Source: Minisyncoccota bacterium
GTDB taxonomy: Bacteria; Patescibacteriota; Minisyncoccia; Phycocordibacterales; JACRKE01
Reading direction: 5' to 3'
Assembly: GCA_041660505.1 (NCBI GenBank)
Contig: JBAZWG010000001.1
Span: 541,776 to 605,775 of the forward strand
Length of the DNA: 64,000 bases
Below, one piece after another: positions 55,049-64,000 of the stretch. The notes beneath the pieces were generated by a model, which made no database searches, was not told the origin of the DNA, and was given only the letters and a program-made list of their open reading frames with translations. Position 1 is the first letter of the stretch, and every line of letters starts with the position of its first letter. Position numbers and translations under genes: made by a program.

Positions 55049-56392
55049 ATGCAGGTATTCAACATTGGCAAGAAAATGGCCATCAAGCTGATGGCGGGGG
55101 ACATCGTTTTGTTTTTCGTAGCCCTCGTTTTATCCCTCACTATCCGCAACGGCGAAGTGCCGATACTTTACACGCTTTTGCTCAATATCTACTTCTTTGT
55201 CCCCGTATTCGCCTTATGGATAGTCGGCTTCTTTATCTATAACCTCTACGGGAGGTCAACGGTTTCCGCCAAAAAGAACTTGCCCACGACCCTCTTTCAG
55301 GCGACGGCACTTAACACTCTTACCGCTGTTATCTTCTTTTACATCATTTCTGTTCAAGGTGTAACACCCAAGACGACTCTTATATTAATCTCAATCATTT
55401 CTTATCTCCTGGTGTATGCATGGAGAGTAATAATTTGGCCTCGCGTTTCTCATCGTCAGAATGAGGCAGTGCTTGTTGTGGGCAAGACGCCGGAACACGA
55501 AGAGATTTTTGATGAGTTGAATAATAATCCATCAATGCACGTTGTTGCCGCGCTCTATGAAGGAAAAAATTCTGAGGAGCTCAAAGCCGAGCTTAAGCGG
55601 GTCCACGCGAAGGTGGTGATAGTAGACATGCGAGGTTCGCACGCCGAGGCATTGTTCTCGTCATTTACTCCCGAAGAAATTCTTAAATTAAGATTCGTGA
55701 ATCCTTCGTGGCTTTATGAAGAACTCTTCGGCCGGATACCTCTTTCGCACGTGACCAACACTTGGCTCTTTACCCACGTACGCTACGAGCAGAAGGTGTA
55801 TGATGCGTTCAAGAGAATCATTGACGTTTTAATCTCTTTTGTTGTCGGGATCATGTCGCTCGTTTTTTACCCATTTATTATTCTGGCAATCAAACTCGAA
55901 GATGGCGGAAAGATTTTTATCAAACAAGTGCGTGTCGGACAGAGCGGCCGGTCTATTCAGATAATCAAATTTCGCAGTATGACAGGAAATGATCAGGGCA
56001 AATATGAAGGCGGGAAGAGCCAGCTGCACATAACGCGTGTCGGTTCATTTTTGCGCGCTTCGCGTCTCGACGAACTGCCCCAACTCTGGAATATTTTGAT
56101 GGGCGATCTCTCTGTAATCGGTCCACGGCCGGAGCTGGTGCCTCTCGTCGAACAATACACCAAAGAGATACCGTTCTATCCAGTCCGCCACGTGATTGCC
56201 CCCGGTCTTGCTGGCTGGGCGCAGTTGCATCAGATCAACGCGGCGACAGATCCTCACCATGGTACTGCCGTTGAGGCAACCCGCGAGAAACTATCTTACG
56301 ATCTATATTATCTAAAACATCGTTCACTCACGCTCGACCTTATGGTTATGCTGCGCACGGTGCAGATTCTCCTGTCTCGGCCGGGTTCATAA
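55049..56392 (+). CDS. Polyprenyl-phosphate sugar phosphotransferase (WbaP/bacterial sugar transferase family)
   Basis: 447 aa. N-terminal TM helices. C-terminal catalytic domain KRIIDVLISFVVGIMSLV...KFRSM...RLDELPQLWNILMGDLSVIGPRP. Confidence 0.8.
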   Translation: MQVFNIGKKMAIKLMAGDIVLFFVALVLSLTIRNGEVPILYTLLLNIYFFVPVFALWIVGFFIYNLYGRSTVSAKKNLPTTLFQATALNTLTAVIFFYIISVQGVTPKTTLILISIISYLLVYAWRVIIWPRVSHRQNEAVLVVGKTPEHEEIFDELNNNPSMHVVAALYEGKNSEELKAELKRVHAKVVIVDMRGSHAEALFSSFTPEEILKLRFVNPSWLYEELFGRIPLSHVTNTWLFTHVRYEQKVYDAFKRIIDVLISFVVGIMSLVFYPFIILAIKLEDGGKIFIKQVRVGQSGRSIQIIKFRSMTGNDQGKYEGGKSQLHITRVGSFLRASRLDELPQLWNILMGDLSVIGPRPELVPLVEQYTKEIPFYPVRHVIAPGLAGWAQLHQINAATDPHHGTAVEATREKLSYDLYYLKHRSLTLDLMVMLRTVQILLSRPGS

Positions 56393-56404
56393 TCGGAAAA
56401 TAAA

Positions 56405-57310
56405 ATGAGAATTCTAATTACCGGAGCGGCAGGATATATCGGAGGAATGTTGACGGATCAGTTCAAGGAAGGTCCTGATGTGCAGATTCTTGCACTGGAT
56501 ATAAAAGATCAACCAAAAGAAATAGATCATCCACGCATAACTTGGTGCATAGGTGACCTTAGGAAATCAGATTGGTTCAGTATTCTCGGGAGTGTGAAGC
56601 CGGATGTTATTGTGCATTGTGCGTGGGCGGCTTCGGGTAATGAAGAGATGGCGAATAATGTTTTTGACTACTGCGTTCGCCAAAAAATTCCGAAATTTAT
56701 CTACCTAAGTGCTATCGACGGCTACGGCAATATCTCCGATAGATATTTTATCGAGAACGATCCGTTGCGTGCCACAGACGATAGATATGGGTTGGATGTT
56801 GTGGCGTCTGAACATGCGGTAAAGAAGCTCTATGGTGGGTCGGGTAAGCACACGCAGACTTTTATACTCCGCTTGCCGATAATATTCGGACCTCGTGGAT
56901 GGCAACAAGAGCACTTTTTCGGCACACTCGGTTTATTCAAAAGCGGCGGCTTGCCTCTTGTGATGAGCGATCCGGACAGTATAATATTCCAAGCCGTGCA
57001 TGAAGACGATCTTGTTGATATAATCGGACTTCTTGCTTTTAATAAGTTGAACGACAGGTACGAAGTCTTTAATATCACGCCGGAAGATACGGTGCCGGCA
57101 AGCGGTATCGCCGCCACGTTTGGCAAGAAAGTGGTTGCGGTCTCGAAGGCAGTCAGGAAACTCGTCCCCTTCAATAATTCATCGCGGCTCACTAGTTCGA
57201 TACTTGCAGACGGCAGTAAATTCACAAAAAAGTTTAAATATAAATTTAATTACACATCATATGAGGCAATCACAACAGAGGAGGGGAAATATGGCACAGA
57301 ACAGAATTAA
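56405..57310 (+). CDS. NAD-dependent epimerase/dehydratase (SDR family)
   Basis: 301 aa. Rossmann motif ILITGAAGYIGG. Confidence 0.75.
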   Translation: MRILITGAAGYIGGMLTDQFKEGPDVQILALDIKDQPKEIDHPRITWCIGDLRKSDWFSILGSVKPDVIVHCAWAASGNEEMANNVFDYCVRQKIPKFIYLSAIDGYGNISDRYFIENDPLRATDDRYGLDVVASEHAVKKLYGGSGKHTQTFILRLPIIFGPRGWQQEHFFGTLGLFKSGGLPLVMSDPDSIIFQAVHEDDLVDIIGLLAFNKLNDRYEVFNITPEDTVPASGIAATFGKKVVAVSKAVRKLVPFNNSSRLTSSILADGSKFTKKFKYKFNYTSYEAITTEEGKYGTEQN

Positions 57311-57335
57311 TGAATTTTAGAATTAACGAATAATC

Positions 57336-58508
57336 ATGAAAGACAAAGAAATCAAAGACTTGATAAAAGCGGAAACAAAGAGGCAGAAGTCGGTAGTGAA
57401 TCTAATCGCGTCAGAAAATTACGTTTCTAAAGATGTACTCGAAGCACTAGGCTCGGTGCTGACAAATAAATATGCCGAAGGATATTCTGGCGCGCGTTAT
57501 TATGGCGGGAATATTATTTCGGATAAAGTCGAAGACTTGTGTAAAGCGCGAGCGCTCAAGACATTCGGACTTAAAGATACTGAATGGGCGGTCAATGTAC
57601 AGGCGCTCTCCGGTTCGCCGGCGAACCTTGCAGTCTATCTGGCGCTAGTAGAGCCGGGCGCGAAAGTGATGGGTATGTCGCTCGCACACGGCGGACACTT
57701 AACTCACGGGCATAAGGTCTCAATGACGGGTAAGATTTGGCATCAGGTGCCCTACGGCGTGTCTAAAGAAACGGAACAGCTTGACTATGACGAGCTGATG
57801 GAGCTGGCTAAACGCGAACAGCCCAAGCTTATCATTGCCGGCTTCACGGCCTACCCGCGGGTCATAAACTTCAAGAAATTCCGCGAGATTGCCGACGCCT
57901 GTGGGGCGTATCTCATGGTAGACATGTCGCACTTCGCCGGTCTTGTGGCCGGCGGTGCTTATTCGTCACCGTTCGACTATGCAGACATTGTAACGACAAC
58001 AACGCACAAGACATTGCGCGGTCCACGCTCGGCGCTTATCTTCAGTAAAATGGATGAGCGAGAATTATATAAAAAAATAGACAAAGCCGTTTTCCCCGGA
58101 CTCCAAGGCGGGCCACATCTGAATCAGATTGCTGCGGTAGCAGTAACCCTTAAAGAGGCGCAGAGCAAAGAATTCAAAAAGTATGCCGCGCAGGTAATTA
58201 ATAATACAAAAGTTCTTGCCAATGAACTCACCAAACTCGGCTGGCGAATAGTCTCTGGCGGTACAGACACGCACCTTGCGCTCGTTGATACGTGGCTCGG
58301 TGGTAAAGGTATTGGTGGCAAAGAGGCGAGCGAGAGATTAGAAAAAGCGGGGATTATCGTTAATAAAAATACCATCCCCTTTGACCCGCGTTCGCCGGTA
58401 GACCCATCGGGTATCCGAATAGGTATGGCGGCTGAGACGACCAGAGGAGCAAAAGAAAAAGATGCGAAGAAGATCGCGCAGAAGATTGATAAAGTCTTGC
58501 GCTCGTAA
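57336..58508 (+). CDS. glyA: Serine hydroxymethyltransferase
   Basis: 390 aa. Motifs NLIASENYVSKDVLEALGSVLTNKYAEGYSGARYYGG and PLP-lysine region TTTTHKTLRGPR. Confidence 0.9.
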   Translation: MKDKEIKDLIKAETKRQKSVVNLIASENYVSKDVLEALGSVLTNKYAEGYSGARYYGGNIISDKVEDLCKARALKTFGLKDTEWAVNVQALSGSPANLAVYLALVEPGAKVMGMSLAHGGHLTHGHKVSMTGKIWHQVPYGVSKETEQLDYDELMELAKREQPKLIIAGFTAYPRVINFKKFREIADACGAYLMVDMSHFAGLVAGGAYSSPFDYADIVTTTTHKTLRGPRSALIFSKMDERELYKKIDKAVFPGLQGGPHLNQIAAVAVTLKEAQSKEFKKYAAQVINNTKVLANELTKLGWRIVSGGTDTHLALVDTWLGGKGIGGKEASERLEKAGIIVNKNTIPFDPRSPVDPSGIRIGMAAETTRGAKEKDAKKIAQKIDKVLRS

Positions 58509-58562
58509 AAAGCGCAGATGTGTGGTATAATTTATAACCGATGCTAGAAGGGAGGTGATATG

Positions 58563-58700
58563 TGACCAAAGAGGTGGCCTACATCTTGACCCTCGAAATC
58601 GAGGGCGAGATTCAGACGGGTCGGGTAGAGATTGTGACGGCCGCACAAGCCTACCCCGAGCTCGCGCAGTCCGAAAAAGATTTTGCCGAGCTCTCCTAAT
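58563..58700 (+). CDS. Small hypothetical acidic protein (45 aa) in a high-GC patch
   Basis: GTG start preceded by SD gggagg (5-nt spacing). Extended -10 element tggtataat at 58524..58532. Not in the ORF track (<60 aa). Confidence 0.3.
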
Positions 58701-58779
58701 CCCTCGCCTTGCGGTTCTCGTCTCGCCAGGTGGCAGACGGGACCGCTTTGTTTTTAGCCTAATTTTGTTACACTACCAA

Positions 58780-58815
58780 TGTTGAACCTTGGGCATATAG
58801 AAGGTTAAACCTTCT
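58780..58815. repeat. REPIN-like palindromic doublet, family A copy A6 (degenerate)
   Basis: gttgaacctt / gggcatatag / aaggttaaaccttc, just upstream of folD. Confidence 0.55.
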
Positions 58816-58822
58816 AAAATAT

Positions 58823-59722
58823 ATGATTATATCCGGAGACCAAATAGCTGAAGAGATTAGATATGAGCTTACACAAGAGGTGAGCCGTATGAATGCGCCG
58901 CTTACGCTTGTAATTGTCCAAGTGGGTGAGCACCCGGCTTCTTCGCAATATGTTCGCAAGAAAATGGCCTTTGCCAATTCGCTCGGCATTAATGCGGAAC
59001 CCAAGAAATTTGATGTAGGCATTACGGAAGAAGCGCTGAAAAAAGAACTTGCGCACATCGTGGCCGACATGAATCACGACCCGTATGCTTTTACCGGTAT
59101 CATTGTGCAGTTGCCGTTACCGAAAGAACTTGATACAGAAAAGATCCTCGCAGAGATTCCAGCCGAGAATGATGTCGACTTGCTCTCGCAAGAAGCGATA
59201 GAAAAGTTTAACACCGGCACGTCACGAATATTGCCGCCAGTTGTTGGTGCTGTTGCCGAGATATTAAGGCGCGCGCATGTGTCAGTTGCCGGCAAGAAGG
59301 CGGTCGTCGTCGGCCGAGGCAAGCTTGTCGGTAAACCTGCGGCGGTTTGGTTGGAACACGAAGGTGCGCAAGTTGTAATTGCCAACAGATCGACAGAAGA
59401 TTTGGCTAAGCTTACGCGAGAAGCCGATATTATTATCACCGGTGTCGGTTCGGCGAAATTGATTACGCCGGCAATGGTCAAGCAAGGCGTCATTCTCATT
59501 GATGCCGGCACAAGTGACTCGTCCCGAGCGCAGTCGAGGGAGTCGGAAGACCGCCCCTCGAGTTCCTCGGGGCAACGAGCGGAGCTCGTTGGCGATGCCG
59601 ACCCGGCTTGTGCGCCCAAATGCTCAATATTTACCCCCGTCCCCGGCGGTGTCGGCCCAATGACTGTAGCTATGCTCTTCAAAAACCTGATAGAACTCGC
59701 CAAAGCCCAGAACTCTTTTTAA
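58823..59722 (+). CDS. folD: Bifunctional methylenetetrahydrofolate dehydrogenase/cyclohydrolase with a GC-rich in-frame insertion
   Basis: 299 aa. FolD motifs throughout (..GKKAVVVGRGKLVGKP..ITPVPGGVGPMTVAML..). An extra ~24-aa Ser/Arg-rich insert (SDSSRAQSRESEDRPSSSSGQRAE) between IDAGT and LVGDAD is encoded by GC-rich hairpin-containing DNA at 59516..59585. Confidence 0.85.
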   Translation: MIISGDQIAEEIRYELTQEVSRMNAPLTLVIVQVGEHPASSQYVRKKMAFANSLGINAEPKKFDVGITEEALKKELAHIVADMNHDPYAFTGIIVQLPLPKELDTEKILAEIPAENDVDLLSQEAIEKFNTGTSRILPPVVGAVAEILRRAHVSVAGKKAVVVGRGKLVGKPAAVWLEHEGAQVVIANRSTEDLAKLTREADIIITGVGSAKLITPAMVKQGVILIDAGTSDSSRAQSRESEDRPSSSSGQRAELVGDADPACAPKCSIFTPVPGGVGPMTVAMLFKNLIELAKAQNSF

Positions 59723-59726
59723 AAAA

Positions 59727-59745
59727 TTGGAAGTTTCACTTCCAA
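59727..59745. repeat. Palindrome TTGGAAGT-N5-ACTTCCAA copy P1 (upstream of transposase gene; loop inverted relative to P2/P3)
   Basis: ttggaagtttcacttccaa. Two more copies sit inside the downstream gene at 59945..59963 and 60236..60254. Confidence 0.7.
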
Positions 59746-59763
59746 AAAGTTATAATATGGAGC

Positions 59764-60450
59764 ATGCACATAAATTTAGAGTTTGCCGAGGAAGAGTACT
59801 ACCATGTTTACAATAGGGGCGTAGAAAAACGCAGTATTGTGGTCGATGAAAAAGATTCCGCCCGATTTATACAAAGTTTGATCCAGTTCAATTCGCTCAA
59901 GCCGATAGGGAGTATTTTCGAAAACACTTACGAATACAAGAAAATTGGAAGTGAAACATCCAAAGAACTAACAAAGAAGAATGAAGCCCTTGTAGAAATT
60001 ATCGCATATTGCTTAAATCCCAATCATTTTCACATGATACTTTCACCAGTTGTTGAAGATGGTATTAGTAAGTTCATGCATCGTCTGGGAACCGGTTATA
60101 CGAAATATTTTAATAAGAGGCACAAACGCTCCGGGTCGCTTTTTCAGGGATTGTTTAAAGCGAAACACCTGGAAGATAACGACTATTTACTCCATGTGAG
60201 CGCCTATGTAAACCTAAACGACCGCGTGCATAAAATTGGAAGTGAAACTTCCAAAGTTTCAAAATTGGTGCGGAAGAGTTACGGGGAGTATGAAGCGGGG
60301 AGTGGCGGATTCTGCCAGAAAGATGTTATACTTGATCAGTTTAAGAATAGAAAAGAGTATACGGATTTCTGTGAAGATTCACTCGAACTTATGCACGAGA
60401 CAAAAGACGAGCAAAATGAACTAAAAGATCTTAATTTATTAGAATACTAA
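59764..60450 (+). CDS. IS200/RAYT-like HUH tyrosine (Y1) transposase homologue carrying two in-frame palindrome insertions
   Basis: 228 aa from ATG 59764. The ORF-track N-terminal extension overlapping folD is rejected. COG1943-like blocks YYHVYNRGVEKRSIV.DE.D, the HUH motif NPNHFHMIL, GSLFQGLFKAKH, and DYLLHVSAYVNLN (candidate catalytic Tyr). A TATAAT lies at 59751..59756. Confidence 0.6.
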   Translation: MHINLEFAEEEYYHVYNRGVEKRSIVVDEKDSARFIQSLIQFNSLKPIGSIFENTYEYKKIGSETSKELTKKNEALVEIIAYCLNPNHFHMILSPVVEDGISKFMHRLGTGYTKYFNKRHKRSGSLFQGLFKAKHLEDNDYLLHVSAYVNLNDRVHKIGSETSKVSKLVRKSYGEYEAGSGGFCQKDVILDQFKNRKEYTDFCEDSLELMHETKDEQNELKDLNLLEY

Positions 60451-60454
60451 TTTC

Positions 60455-61057
60455 TTGGACATGAGATGTCCAAAAGTTATGAGAGTAGTAAAAGAAACAT
60501 CAACGACTATCCTTCTTAAGGATTACGAATTTATCCCGATGCTCATGGCTGTAATTATGTGTGCCTTGGCTATTTTTTTTGTCTGGTTTCTCTCTGTTCC
60601 CGGACAATTCAAGCGGCCAGAAATTTGGGCTTCTCTGTTGTTCGTGTCAGCGTATGCATTTGCATTAATATGGACAATAGAAATGTTAACTTTTGAATTC
60701 GATAAATCGCAGAACAAACTGATTATTATTAAGAAAAAAATTACAAAAAAAACGCAGAAATCGTATACAATCACTGATATAGAAAAAATCTGGACGAGCC
60801 AATACGAAGGACAACGCCGGAAAAAAGGCGACATGTGGAGTGTGTACCTGTTGTTAAAAAGTGGAAATAAAGTTCCTCTAACCCCTGGGTTGAGTACAAA
60901 TAGGGTACATCCGTTGTATAATCCCAAAATTCCTAAATATGTAGGACGTTTAGCAAAGTGGCTGCAAGTTCCCCTTGAAGAGGGTAAGGAACTCGGCGTG
61001 AAAGAGGCGCTTAATAAAAGCTACGATAGCTCTAGTCACTCGGAAGAAGAAGCATAA
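60455..61057 (+). CDS. Hypothetical membrane protein
   Basis: 200 aa. Two TM helices near the N-terminus, then a Lys-rich soluble domain. Confidence 0.45.
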   Translation: MDMRCPKVMRVVKETSTTILLKDYEFIPMLMAVIMCALAIFFVWFLSVPGQFKRPEIWASLLFVSAYAFALIWTIEMLTFEFDKSQNKLIIIKKKITKKTQKSYTITDIEKIWTSQYEGQRRKKGDMWSVYLLLKSGNKVPLTPGLSTNRVHPLYNPKIPKYVGRLAKWLQVPLEEGKELGVKEALNKSYDSSSHSEEEA

Positions 61058-61120
61058 CTTTCCATTGCAAAAAGCGGGAAAATCTATATACTAGTGGCTT
61101 AATCTACTAGTAATAGCTTT

Positions 61121-62539
61121 ATGGTAAAAACACGCATTTCGGCCCTTGTTATACTCATCGTGGCTGTCGCACTCGGTTATTTTGTTTACGATACAGAGCA
61201 GGTTACGATGAAGACGACTCCTACCGGCACCAGCACGCCGGCAGTCGTTACACCCGTCGAATCATCTTTTAAATTCAAGCTCGGGCTCGATCTCAAGGGC
61301 GGGACAGAACTTATTTACAAGGCAGATTTGAGCCGCCTCGTTACCCAGTCGCCGGATGACTCCATGACGGCTTTGCGCGGTGTTATCGAAAATCGCGTGA
61401 ACGCACTCGGCGTATCCGAGCCGATTGTTCAAACAGAGACAAGCATCAGCGGTGATCGCAGGCTGATTGTTGCTTTGCCGGGCGTTACTGATATTAATCA
61501 GGCTATTGCTATTATCGGCCAGACGCCGGTTCTGGAATTTAAAACCGAGCGTCCGGCCGGTCCCGAGAAGGATGCTATCATCGCGGCGTATGTCAAAAAG
61601 GAGCAAGAAAAGGCAGAGGGCAAACCTATTACGCCAAACCCGCTCTTACAGCAAACTCCTAATTATGTAAACACCGCACTTACGGGGCAATATATCAAGA
61701 GCGCGTCACTCGACTTCGGCAATCAGACATCGATATCGCCGGCTGTTGCCGTCGAATTCACTGGCGAAGGATCAAAGATGTTTGCAAAAATGACGCAAGA
61801 CAATGTTGGCAAACAGATCGGTATATTCCTTGATGGTCGGTCAATTACAGAGCCGGTCGTCCGCGAAGCTATCACTGATGGCAAAGCCCAGATTTCTGGC
61901 GGCTTCAGTATTAAAGAAGCGCAGACATTAGTTGGTCGTTTGAACTCCGGTGCTTTGCCGGTACCGATCGAGCTCGTCTCGACCCAGACCGTGGGTGCTT
62001 CGCTTGGGCAGGACGTGCTCAACAAGAATGTGAACGCCGGTATCATTGGCTTCATCGTTATCGCCATCTTCCTCATCCTCTGGTACCGCTTGCCTGGTAT
62101 TCTTGCAGTCATCGCCCTCGCTATCTATGTAGTGCTGATGCTCTCATTATTTAAACTCATCGGTGTTGTCATGAGTGCCGCCGGTATTGCTGGATTTATC
62201 CTATCCATGGGTATGGCAATCGACGCCAACATTCTGATATTCGAACGTACGAAGGAAGAACTTAAAGCGGGCAAGACCATCGAGACCGCCGTGCGTGAAG
62301 GCTTCGCTCGTGCTTGGAACTCAATTCGTGACTCGAACGTCTCGAGTATGATTACCGCTATAATCTTGTTCTGGATGGGCACTTCGCTTGTCAAAGGCTT
62401 CGCTCTTACCTTCGGCGTCGGCGTCTTGGCCAGTATGTTCACCGCCATCACTGTTACTCGCATCTTCTTGATGACCCTCCGCTTCAAAGATTCTAAACTG
62501 TCTCGATTCTTGGTCAGCAATGGTTTTCATATATCTTAA
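61121..62539 (+). CDS. secD: Protein translocase subunit SecD
   Basis: 472 aa. N-terminal TM, large periplasmic domain, C-terminal 5-TM bundle with GIAGFILSMGMAIDANILIFER. Confidence 0.9.
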   Translation: MVKTRISALVILIVAVALGYFVYDTEQVTMKTTPTGTSTPAVVTPVESSFKFKLGLDLKGGTELIYKADLSRLVTQSPDDSMTALRGVIENRVNALGVSEPIVQTETSISGDRRLIVALPGVTDINQAIAIIGQTPVLEFKTERPAGPEKDAIIAAYVKKEQEKAEGKPITPNPLLQQTPNYVNTALTGQYIKSASLDFGNQTSISPAVAVEFTGEGSKMFAKMTQDNVGKQIGIFLDGRSITEPVVREAITDGKAQISGGFSIKEAQTLVGRLNSGALPVPIELVSTQTVGASLGQDVLNKNVNAGIIGFIVIAIFLILWYRLPGILAVIALAIYVVLMLSLFKLIGVVMSAAGIAGFILSMGMAIDANILIFERTKEELKAGKTIETAVREGFARAWNSIRDSNVSSMITAIILFWMGTSLVKGFALTFGVGVLASMFTAITVTRIFLMTLRFKDSKLSRFLVSNGFHIS

Positions 62540-62569
62540 ATTCTTTAATTCTTTAATTCTGTCAAAATT

Positions 62570-63484
62570 ATGTATATCGTAAAATATCGCAAATTCTTCC
62601 TCGGCCTTAGCTTGCTCTTTGTGGTGCTAAGCTTTGGCGCTATTGCCAAGTTTGGGCTCAAGCTTGGTATCGACTTCACGGGTGGCTCGGTGCTCCAAGT
62701 CGCTTATGATCAAGTACGCCCCGACATTGAGACGGTAAAGAAATCAGTTGAGGCGCTTAACCTTGGCGCAGCGACAGTTCAGGAAGCGGGAGATAAAGAT
62801 GTGATAGTGCGAACAAGGTCTCTTGCCGAGCCGGAGCGACAGTCTCTCATAAAAGCTCTTTCTGATAATGGTACGATACAAATGACAGAGAAGAAGTTCG
62901 ACTCTATCGGCCCAACCATTGGCGCAGAGTTGCGTACCAAGTCTTTATGGTCGGTCTTGCTCGTGATATTGCTAATCGTGCTCTATATCACCTTTGCTTT
63001 TCGCAAAGTTTCGTACCCTGTCTCATCGTGGAAGTACGGCTTGGCGGCGGTTGTCGCTCTCTTGCATGACGTTATTGTACCGACCGGGTTCTTCGTCGTC
63101 TTTAATCACTATGTGAGCGGTGAGATAGATGTGCTCTATGTGACTGCAATACTAACTATCGTCGGCTTCTCTGTGCACGACACCATCGTCGTCTTCGACC
63201 GTATCCGCGAAAACTTGCGCACGGGTAGCCCCAAGACAGAATTTACAGAGACTGTCGGCAAGAGTTTGAATCAAACATTCGGCCGCTCTATAAATACTTC
63301 GCTATCGGTCATATTGGTCTTATTGGTCCTTTTGTTCGCGGGTGGCGAGTCAACCAAGAACTTCGCTCTGCTCCTTACCGTCGGTATTTTCTTCGGCACC
63401 TACTCATCAATATTCCTCGCCTCGCCTTTGCTTATCTTGATCAAAGAAATGCAGGACAAAAAGCTGGCGAAAGGCAAGAAATAA
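62570..63484 (+). CDS. secF: Protein translocase subunit SecF
   Basis: 304 aa. Motifs LGIDFTGGSV and VHDTIVVFDRIREN. Confidence 0.9.
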   Translation: MYIVKYRKFFLGLSLLFVVLSFGAIAKFGLKLGIDFTGGSVLQVAYDQVRPDIETVKKSVEALNLGAATVQEAGDKDVIVRTRSLAEPERQSLIKALSDNGTIQMTEKKFDSIGPTIGAELRTKSLWSVLLVILLIVLYITFAFRKVSYPVSSWKYGLAAVVALLHDVIVPTGFFVVFNHYVSGEIDVLYVTAILTIVGFSVHDTIVVFDRIRENLRTGSPKTEFTETVGKSLNQTFGRSINTSLSVILVLLVLLFAGGESTKNFALLLTVGIFFGTYSSIFLASPLLILIKEMQDKKLAKGKK

Positions 63485-63700
63485 CGACGGCGAGGTGAGT
63501 CCTCCGGCAACCTGCCCGACATGCCAGGTCGTGTGGCAGGCGGGAGGCGGAGGTCTCACCTCAGACGACCAGCCCCTCCCTTTGTCCCTCCCCGAAGGAG
63601 AGGGAATGACTTCAGGCGTCAAGGTCTCTCCTCGAGGAGGAGCAAGGCGACGGGAAGAGGTGAGTCCTTGACGACATTAGACCTGTTAATAACTTATTGG
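63485..63700. repeat. GC-rich composite repeat block after secF containing family G copy G4 (63570..63608)
   Basis: ggcgaggtgagtcctcc ... gaagaggtgagtccttg direct repeats, ctgcccgacatgccaggtcgtgtggcaggcggg inverted repeat, and cagcccctccctttgtccctccccgaaggagagggaatg. Confidence 0.6.
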
Positions 63701-63764
63701 AAAGTTAAGCCACAAGGCGCTATGCTAACCCCATAGCGCTTTTGCGCGTAACTAACATAATTTT

Positions 63765-64000
63765 ATGGCAGGGAATTTAGAACAAGCACAACAAGAAACG
63801 CCGGTTAACGTAGTGGCTAACGGCGAAGTCCTTGCGAAGATGTCGGAAGAGGAAGTACCGGTAGAGAAAACACAGGCCGCGAATCTTAAAGAACAAATGA
63901 AAGCGCTTCGCGCTAAAAAAGAAAGAGAAGAAGCCGCCATGTTGGTTGCGGAGACTGAAAAGCAACAAGTCCCGGTGGAAAACACGCAAGCTGCTCGACT
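63765..64000 (+). CDS. Partial hypothetical protein (5' end; runs off window) with internal VPVE(K/N)TQAA repeat
   Basis: ATG at 63765, open to the window end. Translation MAGNLEQAQQETPVNVVANGEVLAKMSEEEVPVEKTQAANLKEQMKALRAKKEREEAAMLVAETEKQQVPVENTQAA... Confidence 0.3.
   Translation, partial: MAGNLEQAQQETPVNVVANGEVLAKMSEEEVPVEKTQAANLKEQMKALRAKKEREEAAMLVAETEKQQVPVENTQAAR

Noticed and set aside
59608-59763. N-terminal extension of the transposase ORF overlapping the folD 3' end
   Set aside because: Homology to Y1 transposases begins at Met 59764 (MHINLEFAEEEYYHVYNRG). The upstream part is merely open frame overlapping folD.

Overview
This 64 kb window reads as a low-GC, gene-dense bacterial chromosome segment. 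Several traits point to a Candidate Phyla Radiation / Patescibacteria (Parcubacteria-like) genome: the 23S rRNA gene carries two ORF-less group I introns; the 23S-5S pair is not linked to a 16S; rplA (L1) is absent from the conserved secE-nusG-rplK and rplJ-rplL clusters; and there are very large Thr/Gly-rich cell-surface proteins with peptidoglycan-binding domains. Most of the window is housekeeping: secE-nusG-rplK; a thymidylate cluster dcd-dut/thyA-tmk/folA; ileS, glyQS, metG; recO, recA, ftsK; rpsF-ssb-rpsR; efp; an ECF sigma factor; rplJ-rplL; ftsW; a glycosylation cluster; glyA, folD; secDF. The 5' end holds a partial operon of a group-4 [NiFe]-hydrogenase-like complex. Its NuoB-type small subunit has no cysteines at all, so it is likely an Ehr-type complex rather than a true hydrogenase. 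The most unusual content is a layer of short palindromic repeat families together with a RAYT-like (IS200-family, HUH/Y1) transposase gene. Family A is a REPIN-like inverted doublet of AAGGTTSAACCTT with 6 copies, including one inside the 3' end of the NuoB-like gene and one inside the 23S rRNA. A GC-rich CCCCTCCCCGAAGGAGAGGG-type family (G) has four confident copies, one of which sits in-frame inside tatD (24806..24890); a separate GC-rich in-frame insertion of uncertain family membership lies in folD. A TTGGAAGT-N5-ACTTCCAA palindrome sits once upstream of, and twice in-frame within, the transposase gene itself. Other notable items: an isoleucyl-tRNA synthetase with an embedded, apparently intact histidine-phosphatase (PGAM-like) domain; a pair of ~570-aa cysteine-rich multi-zinc-ribbon paralogues with nucleotide-conserved termini flanking an MntA/HepT toxin-antitoxin pair; several high-GC mini-islands carrying small ORFs with strong Shine-Dalgarno sites; a recurrent AT-rich intergenic motif at gene junctions; and a ribosomal L10 leader. 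All product calls rest on motif recognition by eye. No database searches or RNA folding were run.
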